A DNA stretch of 64,000 nucleotides. Origin: Neophaeotheca triangularis (taxonomy: Eukaryota). Made by a program: the position numbers and the translations under genes. Under the pieces are notes generated by a model. It was not told the origin of the DNA and searched no databases. It saw only the letters and a program-made list of their open reading frames with translations. Below are positions 59,490-64,000 of this stretch, one piece after another. Numbering within the stretch: the first letter of the stretch is position 1; each line of letters begins with the position of its first letter. The stretch is from positions 1-64,000 of the forward strand of contig BAAIJX010000052.1 of the NCBI GenBank assembly GCA_054600435.1, written 5' to 3'.

Positions 59490-60748
59490 CTACTCTTGTT
59501 GTTGTTGTACTGTTGAGAGAGGGTGGATTGAATCGAGGGACGACGGTCATTGATGGTGGGATAGATCATCGAACGTGGGGTTTCGTAAATCGCCATTGTC
59601 TGTTTTGTTTCTACTTTGGCAGTCTCGATGCCGAGGTCTGCTGGGCCCTGGCCGAACGCTGGTGAAACGAATCGCTCGATCGATGGTGATGGTGATACTT
59701 TTGTCGTGTTGCTACATGGTCACGAGTTGATTGAGAGCCTTGGAAAGACACTACTGTTGATTCGATAGTCTACTTGCATCTGCATGGATGACCTATGCTA
59801 GCGTCGTATCCGATAGCCATCAGTGAGTGCCAGAGCAGTTAATATAAGTAGAAGCACAGCATCATTGGTTTTTTCTTTTTCCCGCGCTCTTTGTTCTGCA
59901 CGGCGCCAGGATCCAGGAACAGGGGAACTAGCACGCGTTTCCCCTTGCGGAGGGAAAACTCTATGTGTGTGTATAAATATATCTGGGCCGTCCCTGTTTT
60001 TTCGCGGAGAAAGTCCAGCTCAGAATCCGCCACGGCGGTACAAGGGAAAAAAATCACCTAGGACTTTGATGGAGACGGCGCATGTACAGTAAATATGGCA
60101 GGGGTTGTGACTTGTCACGCGACAAAAGTTATGTAGTAGGCGTCGATGATAGCAACGAGTGTAACACGACCAGTAGTAACCGTTGCCGAGAGTGGTGTGA
60201 TGGATAAATAATAAATAAAACTGGTGTTGAGACGAGCTCGTCTCGTATCACTGTATCGTCGTAAGCCGCGTCGTCTAGTGTCGAGCCCAGAATAGTCCAT
60301 TTCGGAAGCTTCTACCTAATCCACCCTTCTGCCTCCGCCTCCGCCTCACCCACCTCACCTCACCACACAGACACAGACACAGACACACCCGTCCGACCAC
60401 CCGATCTCTTGCCAGTCTTGTCGCCAGCGCCCTTCTTTCTCTGTTGTTTCTTTCACCACTACTGTTCATACTACTTACTACCTTACCTTACTACCCTCCC
60501 CATACGCTAGCTACACTTTTCAAACTCCCACTTGCACTCGTTTTACTAGCTCGTCAATCACTTACACTCGCTCGCTTGTATCGCGTTATCACCCAGCTGC
60601 TCCCACTTGCCCTTGTCTCGTCCTTGTTGCTCGTCGTAAATCTGACTTGACCTGACCTTGCCATCCTTCCACGCTCTCGTCCCTCATCGCCGAGTGAGCC
60701 CGCCTGGCCTGGGAGGCCCACGTCTCCGTCGAGACCACGCGCAAACCC

Positions 60749-61963
60749 ATGCTGTCGCCACTGCTGAGCTACCTCTTCGTTATGCTCGGGCTCATCTTCG
60801 ACTTTGCACAGATACGTGCCGCGGATATACCAGAAGGTGTCATGCCCAAGAGACAGGTAGTGGGCACAGGGGTTACAACGTCGACGGAAGCAGAAGCTAC
60901 ACCGACTGAAGACACTGGAGATAACACTGCTGAGCCAACGACTACGGAGCCCCCGCCTGAAACCACGGAAGAGCCTACAGAGGATGCTACCACTACTACC
61001 ACCCCTGAGACCACTGCCGCGACTACACCCACACCTACAGAGGACCCAACGTCAGACGGCGAGCAGACTACAGAGGCAGATCCGACGACAGAACCTACCA
61101 CTGAAGCTACAAGCTCACCAGACGACCCAACTCCTACATCGGACGACTCTACGGACGATGAAGCAGAGAGCACACCTGCCACCACAGAGGGTCCTACCGC
61201 CACCTCTGCCAGCGACAACGACAACGCCGACGACGACGGTACTACTCAAGACGAGGACAACGAGACGACTGGCGGTGCCGGCGGTGCCGCTTCCGCTTCA
61301 TCCGTGCCCACAACCGTCGATGTAACAACAACCGACTCCTCCGGTAACACGGTAACCTCTCGACTAGCAACTTCAACTGCAGCGCAAGGCTCCGCCCGCC
61401 AAAGCGATGCCAGCAACACCATCTTCGTTACCCAATCCGGCTCGTCCTCAAACTTCGTCGCCATCGGCGGCAGCTCCACCATCAACCGCTCCACCCTGTC
61501 CGAACCCACAACTATCACCTCGGCCCTCCTCGCCCTAGAAACAGAACCCTTCACCACAACCTCCTTCTTCACGGACGAAGAAGGCCAGCGCCAATCCTCC
61601 GTCTACACCACCGACCGCGTCGTCTCCTCAACCACCGGCTTCGCAACCGCAACAATCCATCCCTCACTTCAAAACGGCTCTGGCAGCAGCGGCTCCGGCC
61701 TCTCCGACTCTAGCAAAAAAATCATCGGCGGCGTCGTCGGCGGCGTCGGCGGCGCAGTCTTGATCGGCGGTCTCGCCATCTTCGCTTGGAGACTGTGGTC
61801 CAAGAAGAAGCGCGAGCGCGCCGAGGCCGAGGATGACTTCCTCGATTCCAGGGACGATAGCATCCACCGTGAGAAGAGGGATAGTGTCGCTACCCCGCTT
61901 AGGGGAAATGGGGACGCTTACACTAACCCTGGGGGTAATGTTAATGCCTCTTCCAACTTTTGA
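60749..61963 (+). CDS. Mid2-like cell-wall stress sensor (signal peptide, Ser/Thr-rich ectodomain, single TM), 404 aa
   Basis: N-terminal hydrophobic signal, KR site, T/E/P-rich stalk, KKIIGGVVGGVGGAVLIGGLAIFAWR TM segment, C-terminal VNASSNF. Confidence 0.85.
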   Translation: MLSPLLSYLFVMLGLIFDFAQIRAADIPEGVMPKRQVVGTGVTTSTEAEATPTEDTGDNTAEPTTTEPPPETTEEPTEDATTTTTPETTAATTPTPTEDPTSDGEQTTEADPTTEPTTEATSSPDDPTPTSDDSTDDEAESTPATTEGPTATSASDNDNADDDGTTQDEDNETTGGAGGAASASSVPTTVDVTTTDSSGNTVTSRLATSTAAQGSARQSDASNTIFVTQSGSSSNFVAIGGSSTINRSTLSEPTTITSALLALETEPFTTTSFFTDEEGQRQSSVYTTDRVVSSTTGFATATIHPSLQNGSGSSGSGLSDSSKKIIGGVVGGVGGAVLIGGLAIFAWRLWSKKKRERAEAEDDFLDSRDDSIHREKRDSVATPLRGNGDAYTNPGGNVNASSNF

Positions 61964-62912
61964 GTGGGGCGGCGTGCTGTTTGTTGTTTGGGAATGGGTG
62001 GAGCGATAATATGGCTCCCGTGGTTACTCGGCTGTTGTATATGGGGGCTCCGACACATTTTCACGAACGTACAAAACTTTACTGGCGATCCATGGTTTGG
62101 CAAGCGTGGTGTAGCGTGGCATGGCATGGCATGGTCTTTGGTCTTGCATTGTCTTTTTCTCTAGCGTTCTGACGAAAAAGCCAGCTTTTAGGGAGGGGGT
62201 TTATCACATCATGTTATGGTTGGGCTGTTGCTCTCTGGGAAGCTCTTGGGTTGGTGTTTACGGTGCTTTGGATTAGGGTTGGACAGGGAATTTGGAAGAA
62301 TGCAGGTTCTGCAAATAGAGATGGCTGGTTTGGGCTTTGCAGCCCTTATCTATATAGTAATCACATATCATGACTTGTTCTATGTATGTGTGTTGCTGTG
62401 GCTGCTGTTTTGCTTGGGTTGGGCTGTTCGGTTGTGGGTGCTTGGATGGTTTTGCGCTCTAAAGATGAATTCATCCTACTCGTCGGACGTACTCACTGGC
62501 CGTTGGCTATGCTGCTTGGTTAGTTAAGTCTCTAGGATTACATGTACAATGGAGATATGTGACGAAAGTATTGCAGAGAACGGAAAGGGAGTCACGGCGT
62601 TTGAAAAAATCAAATGTTGCAGCTCAGACGGGTATCGGATACAGTATCTAGCTGCAGGTCCACTACCCCCATAGCCACAAGTCTCTTCACCCATCGCAGT
62701 TCCCACGCTATGATAGTTCCAGCGGCCGAAGCCGGTAGAAAAGGACGACGCAGCAGTAAGGGGGTCGATAATGACATTCGTGACGAGGCTCCAGCGACAA
62801 CAGCTGCGAGTCTTTCCTTCACCCTGCCCTAGCCATCCATATCCCCATACTCTCGCGACAGACCTGGCGGCCGAACCACCCGAGAAGACGAGACGAGAGA
62901 AAAACGACGCGC

Positions 62913-63450
62913 TTAGTCGAACAGACCGAAGCCCATGTCGTCGTCGGACTCCTCCTTCTCTGCAGGCGAAGTCAGCGGTCCATTCTATCCACCGAAAACA
63001 GCCAGCAAGCAGTATGATGGCCATCTTGATCTTGCAAAACTCACCCTCTTCCTTCTTGGCCTCCTCCTTGGGGGCCTCCTCGGCGGCACCACCGGCAGCG
63101 GCACCAGCGGCGGGGGCAGCGGCGGCACCACCACCGGCACCGACGTTCATGAGCAGGTCCTTGACGTCCTTGCCCTCGAGGGCCTTGGCGAAGATCTGGG
63201 TCCAGATGGGCTCGACTTCGGTGATCTTGGCGGCCTGGATCAGGGACTGGAGCTTGTCGGCCTGGTTTAAGGGGAAAGAGAGAGTATTAGCAAGAGGTTC
63301 TGGAAGTGCGGTTACATCTCTTCGCCGGGTCTTCTTTGCTTGCGCTCAGGTGAAGTGGGAGAGGGGGGATATGCGACGTACAGTGATGTCGACACCGTCA
63401 TCCGCGAGGATGAGGGCGGCGTAGGAGGAAGCGAGCTCGGCGGTGGACAT
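62913..63450 (-). CDS. RPP1: 60S acidic ribosomal protein P1, 3 exons (63450-63382, 63261-63045, 62959-62913)
   Basis: [31 protein letters not shown]...EPIW...[14 protein letters not shown]. Confidence 0.98.
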
Positions 63451-63676
63451 GATTGCTGTGTTGTGGGAAGATGTGGTGACGAGATGCCTATTACGTTTCT
63501 TTGCGGGTACGTAGAGGACTTCTTCTCTTTTGATGGCTTGTCGGGTTGGAGGGCGCAAGAAGGAGGGGAGGGGAGGTTGGCTGGCCGTGTGCTGTTCTGG
63601 GATTTTTCGAGTGCGGTGCTGTTTCGGAATCTTGGCATTTTTGGGTCGTGGTTGCCTCAGGCAGACAGTCTCGCAG

Positions 63677-63802
63677 AGCCCTAGCTCTTTGATGATGCCG
63701 AATCCCGAGAGTCTAGGGAGTGAGCTCCCGTCACTGCCCCGCTGTCCGGCTGTCCGCTCTGGAACGCACTCCGCATCGCTCGCATCGCATCACAGCCACG
63801 TG
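63677..63802. promoter_or_regulatory. Putative ribosomal-protein promoter elements (inverted CCCTAG/CTAGGG pair and CACGTG)
   Basis: AGCCCTAG 63677-63684, CTAGGG 63713-63718 and CACGTG 63797-63802 in the RPP1/CUB1 divergent gap; resembles Tbf1- and Cbf1-type sites. Confidence 0.4.
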
Positions 63803-63927
63803 CCTCATCTTGACCATGACTTGCCGCCTACCTCATTGACCCCTCCAAGCGTCCCAAGCATTCCACGATACCACTTGCCATCTCCCTTCAAACCGCCACT
63901 TTCATCTCCAACACATAACTCTCGACA

Positions 63928-64000
63928 ATGACAGACTCACCCGCCTACCGGCTCCCCCTCGACCCCAAAGAACAACCTATCCTCGACCGCATCCTCAACA
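63928..64000 (+). CDS. CUB1: 5' end of a UPF0662/Cub1 (YPL260W-like) protein, truncated by the window edge
   Basis: ACAATG context; MTDSPAYRLPLDPKEQPILDRILN matches the recalled N-terminus of this family. Only 24 codons are visible. Confidence 0.65.
   Translation, partial: MTDSPAYRLPLDPKEQPILDRILN

Noticed and set aside
59487..59515. TAG-CTA readthrough context at the SGO1 stop
   Set aside because: The extension (LLLLLLYC) has no targeting signal, and the native RRRSMML end is typical of the family.

Overview
This is gene-dense euchromatin from a filamentous ascomycete. Short GT-AG introns with CTRAY branch points and the gene content point to Pezizomycotina; Dothideomycetes/Mycosphaerellales is an inference. 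About 25 protein-coding genes can be reconstructed exon by exon: an FAD oxidoreductase, DUF3237, NADP-GDH (gdhA), a secreted tyrosinase, palA/RIM20, ATX1, SCP2-thiolase, an FAD monooxygenase, an AIM19-like protein, HLJ1, an 8-exon ~1690-aa CorA-domain protein, NUP133, DRE2, a histidine acid phosphatase, an STF2-like protein, complex I PSST, TCA17, FOL3, YPI1, DAD2, SGO1, a Mid2-like sensor, RPP1, the 5' end of CUB1 and two hypotheticals. There are also 2-3 pseudogene relics. I found no tRNA, rRNA, CRISPR array or intact transposon. The most notable unexplained signals are: (1) a ~1 kb non-coding, stem-rich interval between the convergent gdhA and tyrosinase genes, with a telomere-template-like CTAACCCT and a possible pseudoknot (candidate long structured ncRNA, identity unproven); (2) recurrent strand-symmetric C/A-rich to G/T-rich composition switches that cut through coding sequences; (3) the giant CorA-tailed protein with a possible ubiquitin-like domain; and (4) twin inverted CCG-N4-CGG sites with GATA and CCAAT elements upstream of gdhA. 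All family assignments come from motif recognition, not database searches.
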